In this document: in pieces, positions 61,170 through 64,000 of the stretch | Position numbering within the stretch: the first letter of the stretch is position 1 | Layout: every line of letters starts with the position of its first letter | DNA from: Malacoraja senta | Lineage: Eukaryota | Reading direction: 5' to 3' | Assembly: GCA_038087875.1 (NCBI GenBank) | Contig: CM075978.1 | Location: forward strand, 146,692,001-146,756,000 | Length of the DNA: 64,000 nucleotides | Notes under the pieces: generated by a model | What the model was told of the DNA's origin: nothing | Seen by the model: only the letters and a program-made list of their open reading frames with translations | The model's database searches: none | Position numbers and translations under genes: made by a program

Positions 61170-61640
61170 CTATTGCTAGATGGACTCGAGGATTTGAGCT
61201 ATAGGGAGATGTTGAGCAGGCTAGGACTCTATTCCTTGGAGTGCAGGAGGATGAGGGGTGATCTTATAGAGGTATACAAAATCATGAGAAGAATAAATCA
61301 GGTAGATGCACAGAGTCTCTTGTACAGAGTAGGACAAGAGGACATAGGTTTAAGGTGATGGAGGATAGATTTAATAGAAATCCGAAGGGTAACCTTTTCA
61401 CACAAAAGGTGGTGGATGTATGGAACAACCTGTCAGAGGAGGTAGTTAAGGCAAGTACTATCACAATGTTTTATAGAAACATTTAGACAGGTACATGGAT
61501 AGGACAGGTTTAGAGGGATAGGGCCAAACGCAGGCAGGTGGGACTCATGCAGGTAGGTCATGTTGGTCAATGTGGGCAGGTTAGGCCGAAGGGCCTTTTC
61601 CCACCATGTAACACTATAACTATGACTTTATGACTCTATG
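61170..61640 (+). mobile_element. CR1 3' end
   Basis: LSYREMLSRLGLYSLECRRMRGDLIEVYKIMR; (tatgact) tail. Confidence 0.88.
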
Positions 61641-61735
61641 ATCTTTGGTTACTGTTGCTGTTGCTTCTTCACACCATTGTCTACAGTTCTGGGGTTAAGC
61701 ATGAGGTTCACCCAGGGTGGAAATGTCAAAGTCAA

Positions 61736-62055
61736 GGGTGGTCACGATGGCACAGCGGTAGAGTTGCTGCCTTACAGCAAATGCAGCGCCGGAGACCCGG
61801 GTTCGATCCTGACTATGGGTGCTGTCTGTACGGAGTTTGTATGTTCTCCCCGTGACCTGCGTGGGTTTTCTCCGAGATCTTCGGTTACCTCCCACACTCC
61901 AAAGACTTACAGGATTGTAGGTTAATTGGCTTGGTAAATGTAAAAATAGTCCCTAGTGGGTGTAGAATAGTGTTAATGTGCGGGGATCGCTGCTCGGCGC
62001 AGACCTGGTGGGCCAAAGGGCCTGTTTCCGCGCTGTATCTCTAAACTAAACTAAA
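61736..62055 (+). mobile_element. HE1-type tRNA-derived V-SINE, best-preserved copy
   Basis: A-box-like tggcacagcgg, B-box ggttcgatcc, central core, 3' tail 'gggccaaagggcctgtttccgcgctgtat' shared with the CR1 3' ends in this window, and (CTAAA)3. Confidence 0.9.
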
Positions 62056-62345
62056 CCAGAGGGCATAGCTTTAGGGTGAGAGGGGCAAAGTTTAAAGGAG
62101 ATGTGTGGGGCAAGATGTTTGCACAGTGGGCTGTGAATGTGTGGAAGATGCTGCCCGTGGTGGGCGTGGAAGCAGATATGATAGTAGATTTTAAAAGGCT
62201 TTTAGGTAGGCACATAGATACGTAGATATGGAGGGACATGGATCATGTGCAGGCGGATGAGATTAGTTTATCGTGGTGTCATGTTCGGCACACACGTTGC
62301 AGGCTGGAGGGCCTCTACCTACTACTGTTCTATCTTTTATGTTGT
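62056..62345 (+). mobile_element. CR1 3' end
   Basis: 'accagagggcatagctttagggtgagaggggcaaagtttaaaggagatgtg...'. Confidence 0.75.
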
Positions 62346-64000
62346 GTGCCTTATGATAGAAAAAATCATCTTCTAAAAGGGACACCCAGCATTGTATAGC
62401 AGCAATGGCGATAAAGAGAGCACTAATTTAAAGGCAACTGTATATTAGGTATTCACTGTTTGCTCCTCTTCATTTATTTTTCTTACTGGTAACTTGAGCT
62501 TCATCGCCTCAATGTAAATTGTTTATTGCTTTCAATAGGTTTCTCAGTGGGAATCACCTTACTCGAGAAGAGAAGGATAAATGCCTGGCAGGCAGGGCAA
62601 AACGAGATGAGCTTGGCCCACCCTTGATTTGGCACACCTCCTTTAATCAAAGAAATAGAAGCACAGGCCTGATGAAATCAGTCAAATATGTAAAACCAGG
62701 CTCAGTGCAGGTAAATTGTGTTAAGGTAGGAACTCACTCAGACTGTTTGCTTTCCCGGCTTTCCCAGAAAAGGAATAGGTGACGTTTCGGGTCAAAATCC
62801 TTCTTCAATCTGAAGGGTTCCGACACGAAACAACACCTTTTCCTTTTCATCAGAGATGCTGCCTAACCTGCTGAGTTACTACAGCATTTTGTGTCTATCT
62901 TTGGTATAAAACAGCTTCTGCAGTATCTTTCTACTCAGAGATTTGTAGATCCAAGGGACAATTGATTGAGTAGGTGACAAAAGTCGCAAATCATATAAAT
63001 CCAAATGATTTCTGCCACTGATGAACCAAAACTAGCTCATCAATTACAATGACTCCAATGCAGATATTAAGAAGTGACGCAAACAGAAACCTTCTTTGAG
63101 GTCCAGATCTGGACAGTCCAAACATTGAAATCACATAGAAACCAATACGGAAGTCCGGAAGACTGCAAAATCTATTTATGAGACTAAATATATAATTGCT
63201 GTTCATTATGTTGTACGTTGGCATGTTATAAGTGTTTTACTGCAGTCTTGAAATGGGGGAGGCAAAGTGTAATGTATCTTAAAGCATGGAACATGTTCTC
63301 TCTATCAACGTGTATGTGCTTATATTGTGATTCCATTGAATGGCATTTGGTGTGCCTGGTTCTCAAAGAGTGTAACAATTTCATAAAACAATTAGTTTGC
63401 AGCAATCGTTAAAGTCGCAATATATAAACAGTAAGTTGGTTGTCTTGTAAATACATTTTAAAATCCTGTGTTTTCTCAATGCATCCTCAAGACACTGCAG
63501 ATAGGACCTCTAAATGTAAATCATCTCAATTCAAGGTAATTTGTGCCAAGTGATATTCCTATACGTTCAACAACTGTGTGGAAACTATTTTTACAAAAAC
63601 CTCTAAAAGTAGCTAGCATCTTGTCCATTTTATATTCAATGTGGAAAATCCACTGTTAAATTTCAAAGTAATATGACCCTTTGGATTATTTATATCCTAA
63701 CCATACTTGGATTTGAAGTGCTGTCAAATATATAAATATGCAAATATTTAGATCATAAAATGAATTGGAAAGTGAACTTTCTATGGGCTCTCTTTTCATT
63801 TGCAGACAGAGCTGCTGGAGGAAACCAGCAGGTCAGATAGCATCTGTGGAGTGAAATAGTCAGTGAAAGTTCAGATTGAGACCCTTCATCTTTAAGTCCT
63901 GATGTTTTTCAATCAAAACATTGACCATCTATTTCCCTCCACAGATGCCATCTGACACCTTGAGTTTCTCCAGCTGCTCTCCTTGGTTTGCCACATATTC

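Noticed and set aside
61736-61815. tRNA gene
   Set aside because: A/B boxes belong to the tRNA-derived head of a multi-copy SINE; no cloverleaf.

Overview
Repeat-dense, AT-rich vertebrate non-coding DNA. The repeat repertoire (HE1-type V-SINEs sharing their 3' tail with CR1/HER1-type LINEs, plus Penelope-like elements) points to a cartilaginous fish, probably a skate or ray (inference). I could not identify any host protein-coding exon; every recognisable ORF is transposon-derived. Structurally resolved insertions: a full-length L2 LINE (1038-4535); a deleted PIF/Harbinger transposon with 45-bp TIRs and a TTA TSD (26290-28102); a complete DIRS1-type tyrosine-recombinase retrotransposon with ITRs, ICR and a shared ATT recombination core (33393-38218); an internally deleted LTR/ERV element with a tRNA-Ser PBS and 5-bp TSD (38462-39527); a young 5'-truncated L1 with an intact 675-aa ORF2 segment (40534-43009); a non-autonomous Helitron carrying a duplicated TATA/Inr/YY1 module, a 48-bp tandem array and a nested GC-rich retroelement (52043-54975); and an RTE 3' end with a 19-bp TSD. 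The most notable theme is ribozyme-like RNA structure in the repeats: about 20 Penelope-derived short repeats, many with a minimal hammerhead core and often joined head-to-head at that core, and a 121-bp SINE whose 5' end looks like a partly deleted HDV-like ribozyme. Boundaries of old, diverged repeats are approximate.
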